Assembly: GCA_035644215.1 (NCBI GenBank)
Contig: DASQPA010000202.1
Span: 4,162 to 68,161 of the forward strand
Origin: Thermoanaerobaculia bacterium
GTDB lineage: Bacteria; Acidobacteriota; Thermoanaerobaculia; Multivoradales; UBA5704
Direction: 5' to 3'
DNA length: 64,000 nucleotides
The notes under the pieces were generated by a model. That model searched no databases and had not been told where the DNA came from. It worked only from the letters and a program-made list of their open reading frames with translations. Every line of letters starts with the position of its first letter. The stretch's first letter is position 1. A program made the position numbers and the translations under genes. Below are positions 1 to 9,796 of the stretch, piece after piece.

Positions 1-45
1 GTTGGCCGCGTCGTCACAGCCGTCGATGGCGAAAATGCCGCACAT
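1..45 (-). CDS. purF: amidophosphoribosyltransferase, 5' end only (gene runs off the left edge)
   Basis: The reverse complement of 1-45 reads ATG TGC GGC ATT TTC GCC ATC GAC GGC... = MCGIFAIDGCDDAAN. This is the Met-Cys-Gly-Ile N terminus typical of PurF-type glutamine amidotransferases. It lies just downstream of purL on the same strand and is too short for the ORF track. Confidence 0.7.
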   Translation of the reverse strand, partial: MCGIFAIDGCDDAAN

Positions 46-91
46 AAGGGTCCCCATCGAAAACTAACGAAATCGCCGCCGGCGATATTCT

Positions 92-2305
92 CTACAGTCC
101 CAACGCCTTCGGAAGCGCCGTCGACCAGATCTCATGGAGGTCGGCGACCGGCGACCGCAGGGTCTCCCCGTCCGTCCGGATCACGAGGTCGGAGCCGCCC
201 ACCACGCCGATCGGGAGGGCCGGCACCCCTGCTTCCTCCGCGGCGCGGAGCAGCTTTTCGAGGGTGAACGGCCGGGCCGCCACGATCGCCCGCCCCTGGG
301 TCTCCGAGAAGAGGTCGACCGACGAGAGCGGCACCGAGACCTCTGCTCCCAGGAGCCGGCCGAAGCAGGCCTCGACGAGGGCGATGGCCAGCCCGCCTTC
401 CGAGAGGTCGTGGGCGGTGTGGATCAGCCCCTCCGCCACCAGCCTTCTCAAGAGCGCCGCGAGCCGCGCTTCGGCGGCCAGGTCGACCGCCGGCGGCAGC
501 CCCTGCTCGACGTCGTGGAGGAGCCGCAGGTAGGCCGAGCCGCCGAGCTCCCCCGGTCCGCTCGCGTTCCCCAGGAGCAGGATGCGGTCCTCCGCCGCCA
601 GGAAATGCGCCTCGGGCAGGTGCCGGAGGTCGGGGATCACCCCCACCATCCCCACCGTCGGGGTGGGATGGATGGAGCGTCCCTCGGTCTCGTTGTAGAA
701 GGAGACGTTCCCCGAGATGACCGGCGCGCCCAGGGCGCGGCAGGCCTCCGTCATGCCGCGGATGACTTCGCGGAACTGCCAGGTGATCTCCGGCCGCTCG
801 GGGTTGCCGAAGTTCAGGCAGTCGGTCAGGCCCACCGGCTCGGCCCCCACGCAGGCGAGGTTGCGCACCGCCTCGGCCACCGCCTGCATCCCACCCCGGC
901 GGGGGTCCAGATAGCAGTAGACCGGGTTGACGTCCGAGGTCATGGCGAGCCCCGAGGGGGTGCCCTTCAAGAGGAGGACCGCGGCGTCGCCCCCCGGACC
1001 GGACACCGTGTTGGTGCGCACCGTGTGGTCGTACTGACGCCAGATCCACTGCTTGCTCGCCAGCTCCGGGGTGGCGAGGAGGCGACGCAGGTCGCCCATG
1101 GGATCGGCGGGGAGGGGCACCTCGGGGGGGCGCTGGCGCTCGGCCATGTCGGCCGGCGGCTCGGCCGGCCGGCGGTAGACCGGCGCCTCCTGGGTGAGCG
1201 GCAGGACCGGCATGTCGGCCACCGTCTCGCCGTGCCAGACGAGGACGGCGCGGCCGGTATTGGTGACCTCGCCGATCGCCGCCACCTGGAGCCCCCAACG
1301 CCGAAAGACCTTGACCACCTCCTCCTCGCGGCCGCGCTTCGCCACCAGGACCATCCGCTCCTGGGACTCGGAGAGCATCATCTCGTAGGGGGTGAGCCCG
1401 GCTTCGCGAAGGGGGACCTTGTCGAGGTCGAGCCGCATCCCCATGCCGCCGCGGCCGGCCATCTCGAAAGAGGAGCTGGTGAGCCCCGCCGCCCCCATGT
1501 CCTGAATCGCCACCACGGCGCCGGTCCGCATGGCGTCGAGGCAGGCCTCGAGCAGGATCTTCTCGGTGAACGGGTCGCCCACCTGGACGGTCGGGCGCTT
1601 GTGCTCGCTTTCGGCGTCGAACGACTCCGAGGCCATGGTGGCGCCATGGATGCCGTCGCGGCCCGTACGGCTGCCGGCGTAGAGGACGGGGTTCCCCGGG
1701 CCGCTCGCCCGGGCATGGAAGACCCGGTCGCGCCGCGCCACCCCGAGGGCGAAGGCGTTGACCAGGATGTTACCGTTGTAGGAGCGATGGAACCCGGTCT
1801 CCCCCCCTACCGTGGGGATGCCGACGCAGTTGCCGTAGTCGCCGATGCCGCGCACCACCCCGTCGATCAGGAAGCGCATGCGGGGGGCGTCGATCTCGCC
1901 GAAGCGCAGGGAGTCCATGCAGGCGATGGGGCGCGCCCCCATGGTGAAGACGTCGCGGAGGATTCCCCCCACCCCGGTCATCGACCCCTGGTAGGGCTCG
2001 ATGAAGCTCGGGTGGTTGTGCGACTCCATTTTGAAGACCGCGACCCAGCCGTAGCCGATGTCGACCACCCCGGCGTTCTCGCCCGGTCCTTCGAGGACGT
2101 GCGGCCCCTCGGTGGGGAACTCCTTGAGGTAGATCTTGGACGACTTGTAGGAGCAGTGCTCGGACCACAGGGCCGAGGTGATGCCGAGCTCGGTGTAGGA
2201 GGGCTCGCGGCCGAGGATCTTTTTGAGCCGCTCGTACTCCTCGTCGGTCATCCCCTGGGCGCGGGCGAGCTCGGGGCCGACGGTGGGTTCCTGGAGCACG
2301 GTCAT
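92..2305 (-). CDS. purL: phosphoribosylformylglycinamidine synthase subunit PurL
   Basis: The conserved PurL sequence starts at an internal Met of the 800-aa ORF ([41 protein letters not shown]...SEHCSYKSS...ESHNHPS). The ATG at 2305 overlaps the purQ stop (ATGA). The upstream 63 codons are Arg/Pro-rich read-through. Confidence 0.95.
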   Translation of the reverse strand: MTVLQEPTVGPELARAQGMTDEEYERLKKILGREPSYTELGITSALWSEHCSYKSSKIYLKEFPTEGPHVLEGPGENAGVVDIGYGWVAVFKMESHNHPSFIEPYQGSMTGVGGILRDVFTMGARPIACMDSLRFGEIDAPRMRFLIDGVVRGIGDYGNCVGIPTVGGETGFHRSYNGNILVNAFALGVARRDRVFHARASGPGNPVLYAGSRTGRDGIHGATMASESFDAESEHKRPTVQVGDPFTEKILLEACLDAMRTGAVVAIQDMGAAGLTSSSFEMAGRGGMGMRLDLDKVPLREAGLTPYEMMLSESQERMVLVAKRGREEEVVKVFRRWGLQVAAIGEVTNTGRAVLVWHGETVADMPVLPLTQEAPVYRRPAEPPADMAERQRPPEVPLPADPMGDLRRLLATPELASKQWIWRQYDHTVRTNTVSGPGGDAAVLLLKGTPSGLAMTSDVNPVYCYLDPRRGGMQAVAEAVRNLACVGAEPVGLTDCLNFGNPERPEITWQFREVIRGMTEACRALGAPVISGNVSFYNETEGRSIHPTPTVGMVGVIPDLRHLPEAHFLAAEDRILLLGNASGPGELGGSAYLRLLHDVEQGLPPAVDLAAEARLAALLRRLVAEGLIHTAHDLSEGGLAIALVEACFGRLLGAEVSVPLSSVDLFSETQGRAIVAARPFTLEKLLRAAEEAGVPALPIGVVGGSDLVIRTDGETLRSPVADLHEIWSTALPKALGL

Positions 2306-3039
2306 CGCCGGCCTCCGTAGCCCGACATCGCGACCTTGGCCCCGAACTGGACGGAGCTCTGGAAGATCTTCAAGCCGTCGGTGTTGCCCAGGATCTCCTC
2401 GGCGCAGCGCTCGGGGTGGGGCATGAGCCCGAGGACGTTGCCGCCGGCGTTCACGATCCCGGCGATCGCCCGGGCGGCGCCGTTGGGGTTCCACTCGTCG
2501 CCCTCCCCGCCGATCGCGGGCGAGCCGTCGGGCTGGACGTAGCGGAAGACCACCTGGCGCGCCGCCTCCAGGGCGTCGAGGTGCTCGGCCGAATCCTCGT
2601 AGTTCCCCTCGGCGTGGGCGATCGGCAGGCGGAGCACCTGGCCCACGGCGAGATCGCGGGTGAACGGCAGGTCGTTCCTCTCGGTCTTGAGATAGACGTC
2701 CTGGCAGAGGAAGCGGAGGCCCTGGTTGCGCCGCATGGCGCCGGGGAGAAGCTTGGCTTCGAGCAGGACCTGGAAGCCGTTGCAGATCCCCAGCACTAGG
2801 CCGCCGGCCTCGGCGTGGCGCTTCACTGCCGCCATCACCGGCGAGAGGGCGGCCATGGCTCCGGCGCGCAGGTAGTCGCCGTAGGCGAAGCCGCCCGGAA
2901 GGACCACCAGCTCGGCGCCCTTCAACGTCTCCTCGTCGTGCCAGAGGAAGGAGACCTCCTGGTCCAGCACGTGCTTCAGGACGTGGTAGACGTCATGGTC
3001 GCAGTTGCTGCCCGGGAAGACGACGACGCCGCATCTCAC
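2302..3039 (-). CDS. purQ: phosphoribosylformylglycinamidine synthase glutaminase subunit PurQ
   Basis: [16 protein letters not shown]...[15 protein letters not shown]...GICNGFQ...HAEG are PurQ/class I GATase motifs. The GTG at 3039 overlaps the purS stop (GTGA). Confidence 0.92.
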   Translation of the reverse strand: MRCGVVVFPGSNCDHDVYHVLKHVLDQEVSFLWHDEETLKGAELVVLPGGFAYGDYLRAGAMAALSPVMAAVKRHAEAGGLVLGICNGFQVLLEAKLLPGAMRRNQGLRFLCQDVYLKTERNDLPFTRDLAVGQVLRLPIAHAEGNYEDSAEHLDALEAARQVVFRYVQPDGSPAIGGEGDEWNPNGAARAIAGIVNAGGNVLGLMPHPERCAEEILGNTDGLKIFQSSVQFGAKVAMSGYGGRR

Positions 3040-3290
3040 GGCTCGTCTCCGTTCAGCAATTCGACCTGGAAGTCCTCGACCACGGTGTTGGCGAGGAGCT
3101 TCTCGCACATGGCGCGCAGCTCGCCCTCTGCCGCCTGGGGGTCGTCGGTGCCGAGGCGGATGTCGAAGCTCTTGCCGGCCCGTACCGACTGCACTCCCGG
3201 GAAGCCGACGCGGCGCAGGGCGTTCTCGATCGCTTTGCCCTGGGGATCGAGGATCTCGCGCCGGGGGTAGACTGTCACTCTCGCTCTCAC
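3036..3290 (-). CDS. purS: phosphoribosylformylglycinamidine synthase subunit PurS
   Basis: 84-aa protein MRARVTVYPRREILDPQGKAIENALRRVGF...VEDFQVEL has the size and sequence pattern of PurS. It sits in the purS-purQ-purL order. Confidence 0.88.
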   Translation of the reverse strand: MRARVTVYPRREILDPQGKAIENALRRVGFPGVQSVRAGKSFDIRLGTDDPQAAEGELRAMCEKLLANTVVEDFQVELLNGDEP

Positions 3291-3291
3291 G

Positions 3292-4347
3292 TTAGAAATC
3301 TCCTCCGGGGACTCCGGTTGCTTCGAGCCAGGGGCTGGGCTGGAACTGGTCGGTCACCGCGAGCCCCGCCCGGCACCCCTCCCGCTCCAGGGCCTCGCCG
3401 ATCGCCGCCGCGGCGAGCGCCGGCAGGTTGTTGGTACGGGAAAGATGGTACAGCGCCACCCAGCGCAGGCGGGAGGACAGGAGCTCGGGCAGCCCCTCCG
3501 CCGCCTCGCGGTTCGAGAGGTGGCCGTGCCGCCCGGCGACCCGCTGCTTGAGAGCCCAGGGGTAGGGGCCGTTCCTGAGCATGTCGAGGTCGTGGTTGGT
3601 TTCTAAGAGCAGGACGTCGACCTCGGCGAGCCGCGCCCAGGCGAGCCGGGTGCGGCTCCCCAGGTCGGCGGCGAGGCCCACCCGGCGGCCGGCCTCGTCC
3701 TCGACCAGGAAGCCGACCGGCTCCCGGGCGTCGTGGGGGATGGCGAAGGGCTCGATGCGGAAGCCGGGGATCTCGATCGGCTCACCCGAGCGGAGAACGC
3801 CGGCCGAGTCCGCGATCTCCGGCTTGAAGCCCCAACCGTCCAGGGTGCCGCGGGTGGCATAGACCGGCAGGCGATGGCGCTTGGCGAGCCGCGCCGCACC
3901 GCGGCAGTGGTCGACGTGCTCGTGGGTGAGGACGAGGGCCGAGAGCGATTTGGGATCCACTCCCACGGCGGCCAACCGGCGCTCGATCTCCCGGCAGGCG
4001 AAGCCGGCGTCGATGAGGATGCGGTGGGGGCCGGACTCGATCACCACCGCGTTGCCGCCGCTCCCCGAGCCGAGGACGGCGACCCGGAGCGACGGACCGG
4101 CCGGCGGGCGCGGGGCGGCGGCGGCGGGAGGCGGCGGCTCGACCCGGACGGCTGCCGGTTGGACGAGCGGCTGGGGCTCCTCGAAGCACAGCTCCCCCTG
4201 GCGCCAGAGCGGAGCGGACACACGACGCCGCCGAAAAAGCTCGGGTTGGAACGGGGGGACCACCTGGAACAAGGTAGCACGGAAGAGCTGGGTTGTCAGC
4301 CCAAGGGATAGCGTTTCCGGTCGGTCGACACCACTTTCCCTGGGCAC
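3292..4347 (-). CDS. MBL-fold metallo-hydrolase with a Pro/Ala-rich N-terminal extension
   Basis: LRVAVLGSGSGGNAVVIESGPHRILIDAGF and LTHEHVDHCRG (HxHxDH) are metallo-beta-lactamase fold motifs. I saw no ATG or GTG between the ORF-initial ATG and the conserved core, so the start is kept at 4347. The stop lies 1 nt before the purS start. Confidence 0.75.
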   Translation of the reverse strand: MPRESGVDRPETLSLGLTTQLFRATLFQVVPPFQPELFRRRRVSAPLWRQGELCFEEPQPLVQPAAVRVEPPPPAAAAPRPPAGPSLRVAVLGSGSGGNAVVIESGPHRILIDAGFACREIERRLAAVGVDPKSLSALVLTHEHVDHCRGAARLAKRHRLPVYATRGTLDGWGFKPEIADSAGVLRSGEPIEIPGFRIEPFAIPHDAREPVGFLVEDEAGRRVGLAADLGSRTRLAWARLAEVDVLLLETNHDLDMLRNGPYPWALKQRVAGRHGHLSNREAAEGLPELLSSRLRWVALYHLSRTNNLPALAAAAIGEALEREGCRAGLAVTDQFQPSPWLEATGVPGGDF

Positions 4348-4356
4348 TCCCCGCTT

Positions 4357-5118
4357 TCAGATCTCGTAGACCTTCCCCTGCTCCAGGTAGTCGATGTCCG
4401 GGTTGCCCAGCCGCCGGACCTCCTCCTTGATCCGCTCGATCGAGGGGGGCTTCAGGTGGTGGAGGAGGATGGGCACCCGTTTCTGGAGCTTCCGGAGCTC
4501 GGTCTCCAGGCTCCGTGGGGTGAGGTGGAGGGAGACGTCCGCCACCTCCTGGAGGGCGTTGTCGAAGCTGGTGTCGATGCAGAGCGCCTTCAGGTTCGGG
4601 GTGCGGTTGGCGACCTCCCAGAGGCGCTGGGTGGGGCCGGTGTCGGAGGACCAGAGGAGCGCCGCGCCGTCCTGCTCGATCAGGAAGCCGTGGGTCGGCA
4701 CCAGGTGGTCGACCGGGATGGGGGTGAAGGTGACCCCCTCCAGGGTGAGCGGCACCTCGCTCTGGAACTCCTGGAAGCGGACCGCCGGGAGCAGGTGGTT
4801 GGGCAGCCGGGTGAAGTCCGGCCAGGTAGCGTTGTTGAACAGGTACTTGCGGATGGCGTAGATCGTCGCCTCGGAGGCGTGGATGTCGATCGGCCGCTCG
4901 CTCTTGCCGTAGACGTTCTCGATGAAGAACGGCAGCGAGTTGGTGTGGTCCATGTGGGAGTGGGAGAGCAGGATCGAATGGACCTCGACCTGCTGCTCGA
5001 CCGAGAGGACCTGTGACAGCGATCCCGCGTCGAGGGCGATCGACCCGTTGATCAACAGGCAGGTCATCCGGCAATCCCGGCTTTCCCCCCCGTACCCGCC
5101 GAGCACCTGGAGACGCAT
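4357..5118 (-). CDS. MBL-fold hydrolase resembling class II 3',5'-cyclic-nucleotide phosphodiesterase
   Basis: MRLQVLGGYGGES...LLINGSIALDAGS...ILLSHSHMDHTNSLPFFI resembles the class II PDE HxHxDH signature region. The start is taken at the Met preceding the conserved N terminus. Confidence 0.65.
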   Translation of the reverse strand: MRLQVLGGYGGESRDCRMTCLLINGSIALDAGSLSQVLSVEQQVEVHSILLSHSHMDHTNSLPFFIENVYGKSERPIDIHASEATIYAIRKYLFNNATWPDFTRLPNHLLPAVRFQEFQSEVPLTLEGVTFTPIPVDHLVPTHGFLIEQDGAALLWSSDTGPTQRLWEVANRTPNLKALCIDTSFDNALQEVADVSLHLTPRSLETELRKLQKRVPILLHHLKPPSIERIKEEVRRLGNPDIDYLEQGKVYEI

Positions 5119-5224
5119 AGATGGACTGAAATTGTATCCTCGCAACCGGAATGCCACAAGGAAGCCGCAAAAACAGGGCGCCCGGCCGAGGCCGGACGCC
5201 GTTTGGAACGGGTACGGGGAGAGC

Positions 5225-8146
5225 CTAGAAGCGGGTGCCGATCCAGAAGTCGGTGCGGTAGCCGCTCAGCTGCTGCTTCAAATCCCACTGCCTGGCGAAG
5301 TCCCAGTTGACGTCCAGCCCCAAGAGCTGGGTGGTGATCCCCCAGCCGTAGGCGGCGACGCCGTCCTTCAGCCGCTTGGTGTCGCTGTCGTAGTACTGGA
5401 AACGCTGGAAGCGGTGGAAGTAGGCCCCGCCGGTATCGAAGAAGATCACCCCCCGGATGCCCCGGAAGCCCAGGATCGGGGTGGCGAACACGTCGACCAG
5501 GGGGAAGCGGATCTCGGCGTTGGCGAAGAAGGCCCGGTCGCCGACCACGGTGGCGTAGTCGAAGGCGCGCAGGGTGTCCAGGCCGCCGAAGAAGAAGGGA
5601 TTGGGGGTCTTGCCGCTGCTCGTCCCCAGGAAGACGCGGAAGGCGAAGTTGCTGCGCTGGGTGAGCGGCACGTACTGCCGGAGGTCCAAGCTCACGGTGG
5701 TGAACTCGCTGCCGCCCCCCTTGGTCGAGGGCGCGAAACTCCCCTCGAGACGCCAGCGCCGGCCGGAGATGGGACCCCATTCGGCGAAGCGCGCCGAGTC
5801 GCCCACGATCGACGCCTGGAGCAGGGGGAAGTTGTCGTCGACCGGCACGACCACCGGCACCGGGTTGCCGTTCTGGTCGAAGACGAACTCCTGGAAGTCG
5901 ATCTTGCGGACGATGTAGCCCAGCCCGATCTCGGCGCGGTGGTAGAAGGTGAAGGGATAGATGAGCGAGGCGAGCGCCCCGGTCTCCTGGAAGGCGGCCC
6001 GGCCGCGGGTCAAAAAGCCGGTCGAGTCCTGGGCGATGTAGAAGGTGCGGTGGTCGAAGACCTCGATCTGCCACTGCTGCCGCTTCGACAGGTTGGCATA
6101 GGTGAAGTCGAAGTTCGAGAAGCTCTCGATCGACGAGAAGTTGGCGAGGATGCGGCGGTCGCCCAGGTAGTCGGAGAAGCTGAGCAGGACCCGGCCGAGG
6201 ATGGTCTGGTCGCTCTGCACCCCGGCGTAGGCCTGGGCGTCCTCCAGGAAGAACTTGCGGCCGCCGTACTTCTCCTTGTTGCTGTTGTCGACCGTCACCT
6301 GGATGTCCGGCTCGTAGCGCGGCAGCTCCTTGGCCGTCGACGGCGCGGTCGCCGGCTTCTCCGGCGCCGCCTCGCGGACCGGCTGGTCGGTGTCGGTGAC
6401 GTAGAGGTCGAAGTTGCCCTTCCAGTAGCCGGTGAAGACCAGCCGCTCCTTGTTCCCCTCTTTGCTCCGCAGGACGGAGGGCATGAAGGCGCCGGTGACG
6501 ACGTTGGTGTACTGCTGGACCTTGCCGGTCGCGAGCTCCAGGCTGTAAATGTTGTCGGTGCCGTCGCGGTCGGAGGTGAAGTAGACCCGCGTGCCGTCGG
6601 TCGAGAAGATGGGGTCGTTGTCGTTGCCCTCGACGGTCGTCAGCTGGTAGCGCTGGCCCGGTTTGTCCAGGTCGATGCGGAAGAGCTTGTCGACCCCGGT
6701 GCCGTTGTTGTCGGCCTTGCCCACCGCGGAGACGAAGACGACCGAGCGGCCGTCCGGCGAGTAGACCGGGGCGCCGTCGAAGACCTCGTCGTCGGTCAGG
6801 TTGGTGATCGCCAGGGAGTCCAGGTCGACGGTAAAGATGTCGAACTGGCCCTTCCGGGAGCCGGCGAAGACGATGTGCTTGCTGTCGGGGCTCCAGTTGG
6901 GCGACTGCTGCTGCTCGACGTCGTCCATGTCGACGATGCGGCGGATGCCGCCATGGAGCACGTCCAAGAGGAGGAGGCTGCGGCCCTTCTCCCGCTTGGC
7001 GAAGACGGCAATGGTGTTGCCGTCCGGCGAGAAGGAGAGGTCGCGCCCGAGGCCACGGCCGGCGGAGACGAACTGCCCCGACAGGTACTGGTAGTCGTTC
7101 GAGTGGCGGGGAGTGACGTTGCGCAGGTGGATCCGCTTGGCGGTGTCGAAGAGCACGACTCCCACCTCTCCGGAGACGATCCCCATCGAGGCGACCAGGT
7201 CGCCTGAGGGCGCGGCCGAAGGCGAGATGGCCAGGGCGACCGACTTGTCCTTCTCGCGGAACAGGCGCCCGAAGTCGGAGGGCTCGCCGGTCTTGATCAG
7301 CTCGCCCAGGTACTTCTTGCGCAGCCAGCGCCTGAACTCCAGGTCGAAGTCCTCGGTCTCCAGCTTGAAGGCGCGCTTCAGCGCCCGGTCGACCCGCCCT
7401 CCCAGGCTGTTCCGCATCTCGTCGAGGAAGTCCAGGAACCCTTCCTTCCCCCAGCGCTCCTCGATGAAGTCGAAGACCGCGTGGCCGTAGCGGTAGGCCG
7501 GGTAGCCCTCGATGTCCTGGGTGACCGAGGGGATGCGGTCGTTGACCACGAAGTCGCGCAGGAACATCCGGTCGCTCGCCTGCTCGTCCTTCCCCATGTA
7601 GCTCGCCATGCCCTCGATGAACCAGGTCGGCGGCCCGGAGGCGAGCGAGCGGGCGAGGTTGCCCTGGTAGAGGATGTGGTACTGGAAGATGTGGGTGAGC
7701 TCGTGCGAGATGAGCTTGATCAAGAAGGCGTCGGGCGAGTCGACCGGCAGCACCATGCGGAAGCGCGCCGGGCTGGCGAAGGCGCCGATCCCCTCCTCGA
7801 TGAAGTTCAGGATGACGTTGTTCTGCTCGAACGCCGAGTGGGTGGCGTAGAAGATGAGCGGCACCGGCTCCTTGATCTGGTAGTTGAACTCCCGCGACAG
7901 GGTGTCGTAGGCGCTCTCGGCGAACGACACCACCTTCGGCAGGAGGACCTCCTCGGCCGAGTAGTAGTAGACGTTGAAGTGCGGGGAGTGGTAGATGTTC
8001 CAGCGGAAGTTCCGGTACTGGATCTTGTTCTTACCGAAGATCTGCTCGGCTTCGTAGCCGGAGACCTGCGCTCGGAGCGGGCTCGCGGAGACGGCGAGGG
8101 CCGCGGCCAGACAGAAGAACGCCAGGCGATGGAATGGTCGGATCAA
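5225..8146 (-). CDS. large outer-membrane protein: HExxH peptidase-like domain + TolB-like PD40 beta-propeller + Omp85/surface-antigen-like C-terminal barrel
   Basis: Signal peptide MIRPFHRLAFFCLAAALAVSASPLRAQ. HELTHIF zinc-peptidase motif. Repeated SPDG../FSxDG.. PD40-like blades (SFSPDGNTIAVF, NWSPDSKHIVF, VYSPDGRSVVF, IFSTDGTRVYF). The C terminus is beta-strand rich and ends ...FWIGTRF with a terminal aromatic, as in OM barrels. Confidence 0.8.
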   Translation of the reverse strand: MIRPFHRLAFFCLAAALAVSASPLRAQVSGYEAEQIFGKNKIQYRNFRWNIYHSPHFNVYYYSAEEVLLPKVVSFAESAYDTLSREFNYQIKEPVPLIFYATHSAFEQNNVILNFIEEGIGAFASPARFRMVLPVDSPDAFLIKLISHELTHIFQYHILYQGNLARSLASGPPTWFIEGMASYMGKDEQASDRMFLRDFVVNDRIPSVTQDIEGYPAYRYGHAVFDFIEERWGKEGFLDFLDEMRNSLGGRVDRALKRAFKLETEDFDLEFRRWLRKKYLGELIKTGEPSDFGRLFREKDKSVALAISPSAAPSGDLVASMGIVSGEVGVVLFDTAKRIHLRNVTPRHSNDYQYLSGQFVSAGRGLGRDLSFSPDGNTIAVFAKREKGRSLLLLDVLHGGIRRIVDMDDVEQQQSPNWSPDSKHIVFAGSRKGQFDIFTVDLDSLAITNLTDDEVFDGAPVYSPDGRSVVFVSAVGKADNNGTGVDKLFRIDLDKPGQRYQLTTVEGNDNDPIFSTDGTRVYFTSDRDGTDNIYSLELATGKVQQYTNVVTGAFMPSVLRSKEGNKERLVFTGYWKGNFDLYVTDTDQPVREAAPEKPATAPSTAKELPRYEPDIQVTVDNSNKEKYGGRKFFLEDAQAYAGVQSDQTILGRVLLSFSDYLGDRRILANFSSIESFSNFDFTYANLSKRQQWQIEVFDHRTFYIAQDSTGFLTRGRAAFQETGALASLIYPFTFYHRAEIGLGYIVRKIDFQEFVFDQNGNPVPVVVPVDDNFPLLQASIVGDSARFAEWGPISGRRWRLEGSFAPSTKGGGSEFTTVSLDLRQYVPLTQRSNFAFRVFLGTSSGKTPNPFFFGGLDTLRAFDYATVVGDRAFFANAEIRFPLVDVFATPILGFRGIRGVIFFDTGGAYFHRFQRFQYYDSDTKRLKDGVAAYGWGITTQLLGLDVNWDFARQWDLKQQLSGYRTDFWIGTRF

Positions 8147-8162
8147 AGAGGTCTCCTTCGCA

Positions 8163-8876
8163 CTATTGCGTGAAGAGGGTCCGGGTGGCCTCGACTTCTT
8201 TCTGGGTGAACACCCCGAGGATGCGGTCCTCGAGCGAGAGGAGATTCTCGAACATCCCCTTCAGGGGGTCGGCCTTCTGCCCCTCCTGGCTCTGGAAGTC
8301 CTTGAAGTTGTCCGTATAGAGGAGGTCGCCGGTCTTGCCGTCGTAGACCTGCATCAGGATGTCGTACTGGAAGCCGGTCTGCTCGACCAGGACCTGGCGG
8401 TAGTAGGGCTGGCCGTTGAACGGCGAGGTGTACTCCTCCGTCCGGTAGCCGGTCTTGTCCTGGATGTCGAAGTCCAGGCTCCCGGCGAGGATGAGGTCGG
8501 CCTGGGTGCGCTCGCCCAGGGCGCGCCAGAAGTCCTTCTGCTTGACCAGCTGGTCCGAGTCGTAGACCGGGAAGTCGAGCGGTCCGGAGTCGACGACCTT
8601 GAGCTCGGTCTCCCGCTTCAGCACCTTGCTCAGGTAGCGGCCGAACTCCTTCTGCACGTCGACGTCCCGGCCCAGGACCTTGTCCTTCTCCTGGCCCTCC
8701 TGGCTGACGACGATGAAGGGAGTGACCGCGATCGACTTCCTCCCCTGGAGGTTCAGGCGCGCGCGCTGCGGCAGCTTGAGCTTGACGTCGACGGCTCCCG
8801 CGCGGACGAGGGGGGGAAGCGCCAGGGCGGCGAGAGTGGCGAGCAGGACGATCGTCCGGGGGTGACTACGGCTCAT
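8163..8876 (-). CDS. secreted protein of unknown function (TolB-N/LpoB-like flavour)
   Basis: Signal peptide MSRSHPRTIVLLATLAALALPPLVRAGA. The ORF fills the gap between two same-strand envelope genes. The KSIAVTPFIV motif resembles periplasmic TolB-N/CsgG-type modules; this is weak, by-eye evidence. Confidence 0.55.
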   Translation of the reverse strand: MSRSHPRTIVLLATLAALALPPLVRAGAVDVKLKLPQRARLNLQGRKSIAVTPFIVVSQEGQEKDKVLGRDVDVQKEFGRYLSKVLKRETELKVVDSGPLDFPVYDSDQLVKQKDFWRALGERTQADLILAGSLDFDIQDKTGYRTEEYTSPFNGQPYYRQVLVEQTGFQYDILMQVYDGKTGDLLYTDNFKDFQSQEGQKADPLKGMFENLLSLEDRILGVFTQKEVEATRTLFTQ

Positions 8877-8912
8877 GACATACCTCTCCTTGTGAGCGTT
8901 CCTGATCTCGAA

Positions 8913-9488
8913 TTATTCGCCGGCAGGGCCGGGCGGGGGCGGGTCGACCCCGGGGGGCGGCGGGGGGACACCGCGCGGCGGCACGGTGGGGGGCTGCGGC
9001 CCTCCCGGGGGAGGGATCGCTCCCGGCGCGCCCCGCTCGACGCCGCCGGGACCCGGCGGCAGCTGCGGCTTGCCGGAGCCGGGGGTAGGGGCAGCCGGGG
9101 CGCTCTTGCCAGCGGCGGTCTTCGGCTTGCCCTTGAAGCTCTGGTAGAACTCGACGAAACGCGCGTAGTTGGATTTCGCCTCGCGACTGTTGGGGGCGAG
9201 CTCCAGGGCGCGCTTGTAGTGCGTGAGGGCCTGCTCGAAGTTCCCCGCCGCCTCGTAGGCGACCCCCAGGTTGTTGTGGACGCGGAAGTTCTGGGGGTCC
9301 AGGCGCTCGGCCTCGTTGAAGCGGAAGAGGGCCTCCTGCCAGAGGCCGCGCTGGGCCATGCTGGCGCCGAAGGCGAGCTGGGCGGCGGCGCTGTCGGGCT
9401 GCCGCCGGTTGCCCGAGCAGGCGGCAAGCGGCAGGAGGATACCAAGGACGGCGAGGACGGCGGCGGTGGTCAGTGGCTTTCGGTGCAT
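8913..9488 (-). CDS. TPR-repeat lipoprotein with a Pro-rich C-terminal tail
   Basis: MHRKPLTTAAVLAVLGILLPLAACSG is a lipobox signal peptide. TPR-like helices follow (LWQEALFRFNEAERLDPQNFRVHNNLGVAYEAAGNFEQALTHYKRALELAP). The start is taken at the Met just before the signal peptide. Confidence 0.7.
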   Translation of the reverse strand: MHRKPLTTAAVLAVLGILLPLAACSGNRRQPDSAAAQLAFGASMAQRGLWQEALFRFNEAERLDPQNFRVHNNLGVAYEAAGNFEQALTHYKRALELAPNSREAKSNYARFVEFYQSFKGKPKTAAGKSAPAAPTPGSGKPQLPPGPGGVERGAPGAIPPPGGPQPPTVPPRGVPPPPPGVDPPPPGPAGE

Positions 9489-9796
9489 CGGCGTGGGGCT
9501 CCGGTACGGACGGGATCGATCGAGCTTGCGTGGCTCCTTCACCCTTTGGGCCCCCGGGAAAACGTCGCTGTCGATGGCCCGCCGGGTTCGCCAGGCGGCC
9601 TAGTATATACGGCTGCGTCCCCGTGGGAGCGGGCGCCCGGCGGGTCCGCCGCAAGGAACCGTTCCGCAGTGAGTCCGGAGCCGACCCCGGGACGGTTCAA
9701 CCCGGTCTTTTTTGGTCGTGAGCGATCGGCACCCCCTTTCTCCGTCCTCCTGGGTACGGGGGGTCTCCTCCCCCCGCTGCTCTTGAGGAGGATGCC

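Noticed and set aside
134-2320. Very long ORFs antisense to or out of frame with real genes. Examples: 134-2320 (+), 3782-5170 (-), 4922-7207 (+), 8166-10478 (+), 9539-12229 (-), 12252-14522 (+), 14487-17645 (-), 14591-16978 (+), 21499-23280 (+), 45154-47322 (+), 48581-50392 (+), 52859-55441 (-), 60658-63771 (-).
   Set aside because: Their translations are Arg/Pro/Gly/Ala/Asp-rich low-complexity strings with no recognisable motifs. Each overlaps a gene with clear family signatures. Stop-codon-poor shadow frames are expected at about 70% GC.
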